The translations under genes and the position numbers were made by a program. Below, one piece after another: positions 51,305 through 61,255 of a DNA stretch of 64,000 bases. The notes beneath the pieces are model-generated. The model did not search any database. It was not told the DNA's origin and was given only the letters and a program-made list of their open reading frames with translations. The stretch lies in the NCBI GenBank assembly GCA_963722255.1, contig CAVRJO010000002.1, forward strand, positions 576,001-640,000, read 5' to 3'. The first letter of the stretch is position 1. The number at the start of each line of letters is the position of its first letter. The DNA comes from Candidatus Babeliales bacterium (GTDB taxonomy: Bacteria > Babelota > Babeliae > Babelales > JANWKD01).

Positions 51305-52882
51305 ATGCTAAAAACATCACAAAAGCACATAAAAGAGAACAAAAGTTTTAAAAAGCATTATTCCTTGCTTTTTGAGAATGGAATTTTTATGTTTGCAGGA
51401 ACATTATTGCAACGAGCTGCAAAAAAGTTTCCTCATTTGACTGCATTGATCTGCAAAGATATACCTATGACCTTTGAGCAGCTTTATGTTCACTCCCTTG
51501 CAATAACCAAGCAGCTCCTTAACGCGGGCGTAGGTCCAAAAGATAAAGTTTGTCTTCTTTATGAAAATTCAATCACCTATTACCAAGCATATTATGGAAT
51601 CTGGCAAACGGGGTCGGTCGTTGTTCCGCTTAATACTTTCTTATCTGATCGCGAACTTGATCATATTATTAAAGATTGCAACCCGAAAGCGCTCATCATC
51701 TCCCCTGAATACGCAAAAAAATTTGATCCTTCAATTTTCTCTTCGATTATCGTTTTGGAACTTTCAGATGATGAACAAAGCAAAAGCATTCAAAAAATAA
51801 CATCACAAGATCTTGAATATACTATTCCCTATCTAGAACCCGATGAAATGGCTGCTCTTCTTTATACCTCCGGCACAACTGGATTTCCAAAAGGAGTAAT
51901 GTTAAGTTCAAGAAATATTTTGACCAATGTTATTCAAATCATCACTGCAGTTGATGTAAGCAATAATGATTGTCTTTTAGGCGTTCTTCCTTTATTTCAC
52001 AGTTTTGCACAAAATATCTCAATTTGGACAACTGCTTTTTTAGGTGCAAAAACTATTATACTTCCAAAAATTGAACGTAAATGGATAATTGATGGATTAA
52101 AGCATAAACCAACCGTAATAATCGCTGTCCCAGCCCTTTACGGCTTGTTATGCATGCTTAGAGATCTAGATCTAAGTTCGGTTCGCTATTTTGTTTCAGG
52201 TGGCGATGCATTACCTGATAAGATTCGAGCTCTTTTTGAAATGGTCTATCGTAGAAAACTATGCAATGGCTATGGCTTAACCGAAACATCACCTTTCATT
52301 GCAGCAGATATCGAAGACTCTTTAAAGCAAACCAATACCGTTGGAAGAGTAGGCTGTAACATTGAATGGTCATTACGTGATGAAAATAATAACGAAGTTC
52401 CACACGGACAAATTGGTATTTTATGGGTTAAAGGCGACAATGTTATGTTGGGGTATTTTAACGCACCTGAGGCAACAGCCGAAATTTTAAAAGATGGATG
52501 GTTAAACACCGGCGATTTTGCACAATTTGATGCAGAGGACCGTTTAATAATTGCAGGCAGATTTAAAGATTTAATAGTTCACAAAGGCATTAAAATCTAT
52601 CCCCAAGAAATAGAAAATCTTCTTATAAGCTATCCAGGCATAATGAAAGCTGGTGTTATTGGTGCTCCGGATGAACAAAGCGGAGAAATTCCTATTGCTT
52701 ACATCGTGATTAAAGATCCATCACCAACCTTCGATCAACAGATAAAAGAGTATTGCATAAAAAATTTAGCTGGCTATAAAGTCCCACGCCAATTTATCAT
52801 TCTTGAAGATTTGCCCATGACTTCCTTGGGTAAAGTTGATAAAAAAAAGCTGCGATTGGAATATAGCAAAAATATACAATGA
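51305..52882 (+). CDS. Long-chain fatty acid-CoA ligase
   Basis: YTSGTTGFPKG, GYGLTETSP, NTGD, GRFKD, GKVDK. Confidence 0.92.
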   Translation: MLKTSQKHIKENKSFKKHYSLLFENGIFMFAGTLLQRAAKKFPHLTALICKDIPMTFEQLYVHSLAITKQLLNAGVGPKDKVCLLYENSITYYQAYYGIWQTGSVVVPLNTFLSDRELDHIIKDCNPKALIISPEYAKKFDPSIFSSIIVLELSDDEQSKSIQKITSQDLEYTIPYLEPDEMAALLYTSGTTGFPKGVMLSSRNILTNVIQIITAVDVSNNDCLLGVLPLFHSFAQNISIWTTAFLGAKTIILPKIERKWIIDGLKHKPTVIIAVPALYGLLCMLRDLDLSSVRYFVSGGDALPDKIRALFEMVYRRKLCNGYGLTETSPFIAADIEDSLKQTNTVGRVGCNIEWSLRDENNNEVPHGQIGILWVKGDNVMLGYFNAPEATAEILKDGWLNTGDFAQFDAEDRLIIAGRFKDLIVHKGIKIYPQEIENLLISYPGIMKAGVIGAPDEQSGEIPIAYIVIKDPSPTFDQQIKEYCIKNLAGYKVPRQFIILEDLPMTSLGKVDKKKLRLEYSKNIQ

Positions 52883-52930
52883 ATTAATTTTTTTAAGCAA
52901 AGAATAATAAAAATCGAGAGAGTAATTGTA

Positions 52931-54055
52931 ATGAAAAAAATGATTATACATATAATCACGAGTTTAAAAATTGGTGGGGCAGAAACTTTATTAGTAGATT
53001 TTTTAGAAAATAGTGCATCAACACAAGCTAACCATCAGGTTATCTTTTTTCATGACGGCCCCAATCGCCAACGCCTACTACAACTTGGCATACCGTGTTA
53101 TCAAATCAAAGGATTGATGAGCATGTATGACCCCGTTTTTTTTGTGCGATTATATAAAACAATTAAGCGCTTAAAACCCGCTTGTATTCATACATGGTTA
53201 TGGTCTGCAAATATAGCTGGTCGCATAGTAAATCTTTTTTTAAAAATACCATTGCTCAATAGTTTTCATTTAGGCGTTGATCTAGATGGCTTTTTTCGTA
53301 ATTGTATTGATCGATCAACACAGCATATTCCTCATCGATTGATTGCAGTTTCAGAAGGAGTTGCAACCTCTCTTATTCAAGAATTTAACCTTAACAATCC
53401 GGAGCGTTTAAAGGTTATAAAAAATGGAATTGATGCTCAGGAAATTGTGAATAAAAGCAAAAAAAGTGAAGTAAAAAGAGAAACATTAGGCCTTGATGAT
53501 CATCATTATATAATCGGTTCTGTTGGAAGGTGGATTGCGCGTAAAAATTATGCATTTTTAATAAAAGTATTTGCACAATTGTATAAAGATAATCCTATGA
53601 TGCGCTTGGTGCTTCTTGGAAAAGGTGAAGAAAAGAAAGCCTTACAAAGTCAGGTAGCGTATCTAAAATTAGAAGGAAAAGTTATTTTTATAGAAGGACA
53701 ACCAGCATTAGGATATTATCCTCTTTTTGATTGCTTCATTCAAACCTCATACAAAGAAGGAATATCAATTGCATTGCTTGAGGCAATGAGCTGCTCACTG
53801 CCTTGTATTATAACAGAACCTTTAAGAATTCATGAAGTTATTGTACATAACTATAACGGAATACTGGTTCCTTCATATAATCATCAGGAAGTCTGCAACG
53901 TAATCAAACAGGTAGCAAACAGTAAGGAACTATCAAAAACTCTGGGAAAAAATGGCTATAAAACAATTGCAAATGATTTTGGACTTGCAACTATGGTTGA
54001 TTCATACCATCATGAATACAATCAATTGATTAATTCTATGCAAAAAAACTTATAA
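52931..54055 (+). CDS. GT4-family glycosyltransferase
   Basis: GGAE, IKNGID, EGISIALLEAM. Confidence 0.92.
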   Translation: MKKMIIHIITSLKIGGAETLLVDFLENSASTQANHQVIFFHDGPNRQRLLQLGIPCYQIKGLMSMYDPVFFVRLYKTIKRLKPACIHTWLWSANIAGRIVNLFLKIPLLNSFHLGVDLDGFFRNCIDRSTQHIPHRLIAVSEGVATSLIQEFNLNNPERLKVIKNGIDAQEIVNKSKKSEVKRETLGLDDHHYIIGSVGRWIARKNYAFLIKVFAQLYKDNPMMRLVLLGKGEEKKALQSQVAYLKLEGKVIFIEGQPALGYYPLFDCFIQTSYKEGISIALLEAMSCSLPCIITEPLRIHEVIVHNYNGILVPSYNHQEVCNVIKQVANSKELSKTLGKNGYKTIANDFGLATMVDSYHHEYNQLINSMQKNL

Positions 54056-54244
54056 TTATTTTTTATTTGAAATATATATTATAAAATGGATCTGCTTGCT
54101 AAAAAACTAACAAAAAATTTGATTTTTACTGAAAGAGGAGTTACATTACTTAAGTGCTTCTTGCATAATCAATAACTAGATAACCTCCATTTCCCCTGTC
54201 CATGACTTCGCGTCTGGATGGGGGTATTTTAGTCTACGAGGTAT

Positions 54245-55261
54245 ATGGTGATTACTAGACCAAATTTTCCCTACTTTTATAAAAAAAAATATTATAACCA
54301 TGCACAAGAAAAAGCAGAAGGTTTTTTTATAAATTCCTTATGTATGTTTTTCTATTCTCGTTTAAAACGTTTGCGCTCTAAAAAACCTGACCTAACCAGT
54401 TGGTCCACTTCATATACACCCAATGCCCTAAAAAATCCAACTATCACATGGATTGGTCATTCAACGTTTCTTATTGATTTTGGCACCATAAAAATTTTAA
54501 CCGATCCGATTTTTGGCAATGCTTCCCTTTTATTCAAACGAATTACTCCTCTTCCTTTAAATATTCAAGATATTGAAAATGTCGACTATATCATACTTTC
54601 ACATAATCATCGCGATCACATGGACGAGAAGAGTTTGCTAAAACTTAAAGATATAACTTCAATGTTTCTTATTCCCATGGGAGACAAGCAATGGTTTGAT
54701 CGTCGTAATTTTTCATATGTTAAAGAGCATACATGGTGGCAATCTACAGTTTTCAATCATGAGGGAAATTCTTTAGTTTTTACTTTTTTACCTGCCCATC
54801 ATTGGTCGCAACGCTCGTTATTTGACCGGAATAGATCTTTATGGGGAAGTTGGATGGTACAATACAAAAATCATACCATCTATTTTGCAGGCGACACAGC
54901 ATATGCAAAGCACTTTACCATGATTAAAGAAAAATTTCCTACTATTGATGTAGCACTTATGCCTATTGGCCCTTGTCAGCCACGCAAATGGATGAAGCAT
55001 TCGCATATTAGTGCTCAACAAGCAGGTCAGGCATTTTTAGATTTAGGAGCACGAAACTTTATTCCTATGCACTGGGGAACCTTTTACTTTGGTACTGATT
55101 CATTTTCAACGCCCATCGAATACTTAACCGAATGGTGGTCAAAAGAACCATCCGTTTCTTCAAATCAACTGCATATTCTTAAATTTGGCCAAAGCTTGGA
55201 ACTACAAGAATGCTTTCATGATCTATCTAGTATACCAAAGCCTCTTGAGAACCTTCTGTAA
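54245..55261 (+). CDS. MBL-fold hydrolase (NAPE-PLD/RomA-like)
   Basis: TWIGHSTF, TDPIF, SHNHRDH, PAHHWS.R, FAGDT, PMHWGTF. Confidence 0.9.
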   Translation: MVITRPNFPYFYKKKYYNHAQEKAEGFFINSLCMFFYSRLKRLRSKKPDLTSWSTSYTPNALKNPTITWIGHSTFLIDFGTIKILTDPIFGNASLLFKRITPLPLNIQDIENVDYIILSHNHRDHMDEKSLLKLKDITSMFLIPMGDKQWFDRRNFSYVKEHTWWQSTVFNHEGNSLVFTFLPAHHWSQRSLFDRNRSLWGSWMVQYKNHTIYFAGDTAYAKHFTMIKEKFPTIDVALMPIGPCQPRKWMKHSHISAQQAGQAFLDLGARNFIPMHWGTFYFGTDSFSTPIEYLTEWWSKEPSVSSNQLHILKFGQSLELQECFHDLSSIPKPLENLL

Positions 55262-55429
55262 TAAACCATTGATTTTAAAATGATTAAATCATTAAATTTG
55301 ATAATGCTATCATCAAATTTTTAATAAAAATGATATTTTGCCCATCAACTTTCAGCAATTTCTTGAAAAATTTTAAGTTTTTTGCTATTTTTATTATGAA
55401 TTTAACATATTTTTAAAAAAAGTGATTAG

Positions 55430-56577
55430 ATGTTTAACAGAATTTTAAAATTGCCCTTAGAAGGCAAAAGTAGCTTATTTTTGTTTGGGCCTCGAGGCAC
55501 AGGAAAAACCTCATGGATTAAAACCTATCTTCCCGATGCCATTTATTTAGATCTTCTTGATTTTTCATTATATAGCTCACTTTTAGCAGAACCAAACCGA
55601 TTAGAAAATTTAATTCCCCCAAACTATACCAATTGGATTGTTATTGATGAGGTGCAAAGAGTTCCTGAACTCCTCAATGAAGTACATCGTCTTATAGAAA
55701 GCAAAAAATATCGTTTTATATTAACCGGTTCAAGCGCACGAGCTTTACGCAAAAAAGGTGTAAACTTACTTGCAGGGAGAGCATTGAAATATCACATGCA
55801 TCCCTTAGTCATTCAAGAAATTGGAGAAAGCTTTGACTTTAACCACGTGCTTCAATTTGGCCTCTTGCCGCTCGCAATAACGCATGCCGATCCCAAAAAA
55901 TATTTAGAAAGCTACGTACAAACCTATATACGTGAAGAAGTCCTACAAGAAGGTCTTACCAGAAATATTGGTACATTCACTCGTTTTTTAGAAATTGCCA
56001 GTTTTTCACAAGGTAATGTTTTAAATTTTTCAGAAATTGCTCGAGAAATTTCAATTAATAGATCTATCAGTAGCTAACTATTTTGAAATATTCGAAGACC
56101 TTATTATTAGCAACAAGAATTTCTGTATTTAACCATCGAGCAAAAAGAAAAATGATTACGCATCAAAAATTCTATTTTTTTGATGCAGGTGTTTATAGAA
56201 TTCTAAGACCTATAGGCCCTTTAGACTCTCCAGAAGAGTCCGATGGCGCTATTTTAGAAACACTTTTTTTGCAATCATTGTCAGCGATAAATGATTACTT
56301 TAATTTAGGGTATACAATTTATTTTTGGCGAACATTGTCAGGCACTGAAGTTGACTTTATTCTCTATGGTCCTCACGGACTTCACGCATTTGAGATCAAA
56401 CGTTCTTCTCAGGTTTCTTCCAAATCACTCAAAGGACTTAAAGAATTTTCTGAAGATTACCCTGAAGCGAAATTACATTTTATATTTTTAGGCAAACATA
56501 AAGAATATCACGGAAATATTATAGCATTACCTTTTGTAGATGCATTAAAAGAACTACCAAACTTGCTAAACGGCTGA
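55430..56577 (+). pseudogene. AAA+ ATPase with DUF4143 domain, frameshifted near 56060-56100
   Basis: GPRGTGKT, IDEVQ, TGSS, LAGRA; KFYFFDAG, EVDFI, FEIK. Confidence 0.85.
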
Positions 56578-56580
56578 CCA

Positions 56581-56786
56581 ATTCCTATGCACTGGGGAAC
56601 TTTTTACTTTGGTACTGATTCATTTTCAACGCCCATTGAATACTTAACAAATTGGTGGGCAAAAGAACCATCCGTTTCTTCAGATCAACTGCATATTCAT
56701 AAATTTGGCCAAAGCTGGGAGCTACAAGAAAGCATTCATGATCTATCTACTATACCAAAGCCTCTTGAGAATGTTTTGTGATAAAC
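56581..56786 (+). repeat. Second copy of the MBL gene's 3' end (first copy 55061-55266)
   Basis: ~200-bp direct repeat, 17 mismatches by eye, period 1520 bp. Confidence 0.95.
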
Positions 56787-56886
56787 AACTTGCCTGTGCT
56801 TAAGAAATAGCATACAATTATATAAAATAATGGCCAAAAAAATAATTATAATTTATTATAATTGAAATTAATTTAAGAGATTATCT

Positions 56887-57426
56887 ATGAATAATTCAAT
56901 GCTACAACTCTTTCAAAAGAGCAAAATTCCCTTAACATGGAAATCCATTATTGTTGGCAGAAAATTAGGTGTAGCTACTAATGAATTTATCGAAGCTTTT
57001 GCTGTAGAGTATTTGATCCAACACCCTTCCGTTCATAACTTAGATATTAATGAACTGGCATACGGTATTCCTGATACCTATCAAGGCAACTTGGATATCA
57101 ATGAATTACTAGAAAAAATAGTTTATTCATTTTCTTTGAAAATTCCCCAAAAAGAAACCGTTATTTGGAATTTAGAATCACGAAAATGGCGTTACTTTCT
57201 CCTTAAAAAAGCTTCACTTGAAAAGAACACCGAAAATGAGCTCGAAGATGCCATTGAAAATATCTATTGTAAATTTGAGCATCCTAGTGAATTGGAACAG
57301 TTTATTCCACACCTGTCTCAGCGATCTTCTGAAAATGTAAATAAGGAGGAATATAATAAATCGCTCTTAGATCGTTTAAATCAATTTTTAAAAAAAGAAG
57401 AGACTGAAATGGTCAAAAGACCATAA
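56887..57426 (+). CDS. DUF2247-like protein
   Basis: LTW..I..G, RKWRY, IENIYCKFEHPSELEQFI. Confidence 0.65.
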   Translation: MNNSMLQLFQKSKIPLTWKSIIVGRKLGVATNEFIEAFAVEYLIQHPSVHNLDINELAYGIPDTYQGNLDINELLEKIVYSFSLKIPQKETVIWNLESRKWRYFLLKKASLEKNTENELEDAIENIYCKFEHPSELEQFIPHLSQRSSENVNKEEYNKSLLDRLNQFLKKEETEMVKRP

Positions 57427-57517
57427 AAAGTATAGATAAATTTCCAAAATACAATAAAAGATGTTAGTATAATAACTGTTTAAATATAATTTAATAATTG
57501 AATAACTGAACAATTTT

Positions 57518-59704
57518 ATGAACTATAGATGCTCTTTTAAAAAATATCTGTTTTTGCTTATTTTAATTGCACCTGCACTAGATCTTCACGCAGGTCAGCT
57601 TAGCCAGACGATAGAAGTTCCACAAAAATTAAGTCTCAAGTGTATAAATGCACGAGTTCCAAATCTCACTAAAAAGGTGCTACAGAAAAGTTCTCATTTC
57701 AATATTACACAAAAACTCTATTTTACAAATCGTGGCAGCAAGTCTGGTCAAAAACTTACAGATTTTTCAAAAAAATTAAATACTGGATATATGAAAAAAA
57801 TTGCTATACAAATGGCACATGGAAAATTTTCTGATTATATCAATAGTAAAATTGAAATTAATCTTTTAGTGAACGAAATTGCTCTTATTATAAATGAAAC
57901 AACTTTAATTCAAAAGATTTTTAATACAAGACACCACGATCTAAGAACTAAAGCAGCAATCGATACTTATTTAAAAATAAGATCTTTGGCCCCCCACAAT
58001 GATGAATCCACTGACGAACCTATGAATCCTATCAAATGCGATCAATTGCCAGATCTATCAACTCGTATAAAACCAATCTCTGCAGAACAGTGGGCTCTTA
58101 TAAAAAAAGAAGAAGCTGACTATAAAGCTTATGAAGAATTTAAAAATAAATGCAAAGCGTTGCCGCAGTTTGATTCGCAAAAAAGAAATGATTATAGCGC
58201 GCGAGCCATTAATGGTGAAGACCTACAACAAGCTTTTAATCAGTATTTTAAATCAATTGCCGAAAATTCTGCTTTAAACAACTCTGAATATTGGGTTAAT
58301 GGCGAACTACCAAAATCGCTTGAACATACTATCTCTGCTTATGAACCAACCAGAAGTGATCATGTTTCTGATTGGAATTTTGATCCTTATGTAGAAAAAA
58401 TGGTTTTTGATCCAGAAAACCTACTAATCCCACAAGGAGACATCCATGGCGATGTCCATTCATTGATAGCCTTTATTGAAGATCTCAATGACCAAAAACT
58501 TATGAAGGGCTTCAAAATAGCCAATAAGAAAACAAATTTGATTTTTTTAGGAGATTATACAGATCGAGGCTGGTATGGTGGCGAAGTTATTTATACTATT
58601 TTACAATTAAAAATAAATAACCCTGGACAAGTGTTTCTTATTCGCGGAAATCACGAAGACCTTAAAGATACTAACGTTAATCACGATTTTAACAGACAAC
58701 TCAGAAGCAACTATTGCAAAGATAATAAGAATCTATATGTGGCAAACTTTTCACAGCTTTATAAATTTTATGAAACCCTCCCCTTAGCTCTTTACGGCGG
58801 AACTAAAAATACTGAAGGCAAAATCGATTGGGCATTATATTGCCATGGAGCAATTGAGGTCGGCTTTAAGCCATCTTCGCTTTTTTCCCTACCAACATCC
58901 CATGGCTATACTTGCTTAGGTACTGTTGATAGGCTCGCCTTTCAAAAAGCATGTCTTAACGATGAAACCTCAATAAACAAAATATTAAAACATGGAAAAG
59001 AAAAAATAGAATCTAATAAAAAGCTTATAAAATTATTACATGCATCAAAGAAAAAATTTTGGACATCAGAAACTCATGATAAATTAACTGATACTGACTT
59101 AGGATTTATCATGTTTCAATGGTGTGATGTTATGGTAAATAAAAAAGCTAAGCTTTTTTTATTTTACGATACAGAAAGGGGAGCCTGTATCGATAGATAT
59201 TTCACTCAGGCAGCATTACAGTATCAAAGCGACGAAAATAATACGGTTTACACTATGATTACCGGTCATAAACACAGCGACAATCCAAATAACGCCATGA
59301 TGAAAAGAATTTTAAATACTGATGGACTTGACGTTGAAGAAAATAGAGGCTTTGGAGTAGCATGGCCAAAAAGGAATAAAAGGAAGAACGAAAAACTACG
59401 TAAAGATAATGTTTATACCTGCAATGTTTGTCCAAATGCAGGCTATGCTTCAGCTGGATTTGATTATGCAACCTATGTTGTCATACGAACTTCGCCAAAT
59501 TTTTCCGACTGGATGTTTAAAGTTCATCGATTAACAACATTAGGGACTCCTATTGCTCCACCACCAACGAAAAAAGCCTCGAATTCATCATCAACTGGTC
59601 TAGATTATTTAACTGCAATGTTAAATGCTGCCAAACAAAAGAAAGAAGAAGAAGAAAAACAAAAGCGAGACATAGAAGCCAGAAGAAAGCAAGATGGAGG
59701 ATAA
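57518..59704 (+). CDS. Secreted PPP-family Ser/Thr phosphatase-like metallophosphoesterase
   Basis: GDIHG, GDYTDRG, RGNHE, CHGA, GHKH; signal peptide. Confidence 0.88.
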   Translation: MNYRCSFKKYLFLLILIAPALDLHAGQLSQTIEVPQKLSLKCINARVPNLTKKVLQKSSHFNITQKLYFTNRGSKSGQKLTDFSKKLNTGYMKKIAIQMAHGKFSDYINSKIEINLLVNEIALIINETTLIQKIFNTRHHDLRTKAAIDTYLKIRSLAPHNDESTDEPMNPIKCDQLPDLSTRIKPISAEQWALIKKEEADYKAYEEFKNKCKALPQFDSQKRNDYSARAINGEDLQQAFNQYFKSIAENSALNNSEYWVNGELPKSLEHTISAYEPTRSDHVSDWNFDPYVEKMVFDPENLLIPQGDIHGDVHSLIAFIEDLNDQKLMKGFKIANKKTNLIFLGDYTDRGWYGGEVIYTILQLKINNPGQVFLIRGNHEDLKDTNVNHDFNRQLRSNYCKDNKNLYVANFSQLYKFYETLPLALYGGTKNTEGKIDWALYCHGAIEVGFKPSSLFSLPTSHGYTCLGTVDRLAFQKACLNDETSINKILKHGKEKIESNKKLIKLLHASKKKFWTSETHDKLTDTDLGFIMFQWCDVMVNKKAKLFLFYDTERGACIDRYFTQAALQYQSDENNTVYTMITGHKHSDNPNNAMMKRILNTDGLDVEENRGFGVAWPKRNKRKNEKLRKDNVYTCNVCPNAGYASAGFDYATYVVIRTSPNFSDWMFKVHRLTTLGTPIAPPPTKKASNSSSTGLDYLTAMLNAAKQKKEEEEKQKRDIEARRKQDGG

Positions 59705-59798
59705 TGAAACTAATTATCCAATAGATAGATTGAACTAAATTTTAATTAATGTTTTTTTAATAAACCCTGTCTATGCAACCATTTAGTTATTGCGCTAG

Positions 59799-60242
59799 TT
59801 ACTGTGCAAGCTTTTTAGCCTCTTCAGCATCTTTTTCTATCTGTGCCACCACTTTTACAAGCTTTTGACGTTTTTGCAAATCACTTGGAACATTTTGTGA
59901 ATATTCGAGCAATCTTTTTGCACCAAAAGCATCCTTTTCGATTTCTTGTGCATATTTTTTTAATGATTCTTCTATAGCTTTAATTTTTGTTGCATCTGCT
60001 AATGCACGCTTTTGATTCGAGAGTAATCGTGCAGCAACAATATTCCCTACAACTTTGCCTTCTAGTTCCATAATCTTCTTTTCAATTTCTTCAAAAGTTA
60101 TGGGTATTTCTCCAGCAACTTTTTTTGGTATTTGTGGACCCTTTGGCCCTTCCGGTTCTACAGGAATACCAGGAATGCGCAATTGACCTTGCAAAGAAAC
60201 AATCGCAGAACCAATAACAAGTAAAAAAAATATCCTCTTCAT
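59799..60242 (-). CDS. Secreted helical hypothetical protein
   Basis: AGGAG RBS; signal peptide MKRIFFLLVIGSA. Confidence 0.7.
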   Translation of the reverse strand: MKRIFFLLVIGSAIVSLQGQLRIPGIPVEPEGPKGPQIPKKVAGEIPITFEEIEKKIMELEGKVVGNIVAARLLSNQKRALADATKIKAIEESLKKYAQEIEKDAFGAKRLLEYSQNVPSDLQKRQKLVKVVAQIEKDAEEAKKLAQ

Positions 60243-60283
60243 AAACCCTCTCCTAAATTTTTTGTTTACAATATACAAAGTCT

Positions 60284-60652
60284 TTATTTAGCTTTTTTAA
60301 GCTCCTCTTTAAGTTCATCCAGAAGACCTTGAACCACAGTTGCTGCTTTCCTAGCATCCTGTGCTTTTGTTTCACTACCACGAGCTGTATCATTGGCAAT
60401 TCTGTTTAACCCACCAATATATACCTGAAGAGCCCCAAGATAAACATCAATACCTTCTTTTTTCTTTAAAGCTTCTTTTGCCGCTTGATATGCATTGCTC
60501 GCTGCCACTACCCAGCTACCTACATCTGTCGATGTATGTTCTTTTCCTGCCATCAAATAGTTTAAAGCATCTTCAGCAGACGTTCTGGATCTTAGCTGTG
60601 ACTGATACGAAATAATTGTTAAACTCATTAATACATATACTAATTTTTTCAT
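60284..60652 (-). CDS. Secreted helical hypothetical protein
   Basis: GGAG RBS; signal peptide MKKLVYVLMSL. Confidence 0.7.
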   Translation of the reverse strand: MKKLVYVLMSLTIISYQSQLRSRTSAEDALNYLMAGKEHTSTDVGSWVVAASNAYQAAKEALKKKEGIDVYLGALQVYIGGLNRIANDTARGSETKAQDARKAATVVQGLLDELKEELKKAK

Positions 60653-60748
60653 AAAACCATCTCCAATTTTTTTAGATAAGATAAATCTTCTTAAGCCCAT
60701 TTTACTAGCGAAAAACGCAATTTGATTATCAATATCTCAAAATACTAA

Positions 60749-60771
60749 AGGGCCAGACTTATTCTGACCCT
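60749..60771 (-). terminator. Probable terminator hairpin
   Basis: agggccaga/tctgaccct stem just after the 60783 stop. Confidence 0.5.
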
Positions 60772-60782
60772 CCTGATGCTAT

Positions 60783-61031
60783 TTAATCTTCATCTTCATA
60801 ATATTCTTCATCGTAACCTTCATCATAACCATCATAACCCCCTCCAATAACTGGATAGACTACTGGTCCATAAAAGCCGCCTCCGCGACCAAAGCCACGA
60901 CCACCACCGCGACCGCCAAAGCCGCCACCTCGACCACCACCAAAGCCTCCACCGCCTCCATGGCCACCACCTCGAGCTTCTAATGCAGCAACTGTACTCA
61001 CAATTAGTAAAAGAAATAGTAACTTCTTCAT
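60783..61031 (-). CDS. Small secreted glycine-rich protein
   Basis: GGAGG RBS; signal peptide; RGG/FGG tract; acidic Tyr-rich tail. Confidence 0.8.
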   Translation of the reverse strand: MKKLLFLLLIVSTVAALEARGGGHGGGGGFGGGRGGGFGGRGGGRGFGRGGGFYGPVVYPVIGGGYDGYDEGYDEEYYEDED

Positions 61032-61255
61032 AATTGACCTCCGTCTTTAGATTAAAATATAGATACCTGTTTTTTGAAAATATTCATATTATTAATATTA
61101 CCAAATTAGGTAATAAAAAAGCAATATTTAATCGCAATAGAAATATTTTAAAGTATTTTTTTATTTCTTTTGCATTCGGCAACTATCCTGCGTTATACTA
61201 TTTTCAACATACAAAAAAATAAAAAATGCTTATAAAAGCTTCAGGCAGGTAAACT

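Noticed and set aside
55061..56786. Diversity-generating retroelement TR/VR pair
   Set aside because: Mismatches are not restricted to adenines in one copy and there is no reverse transcriptase in the window
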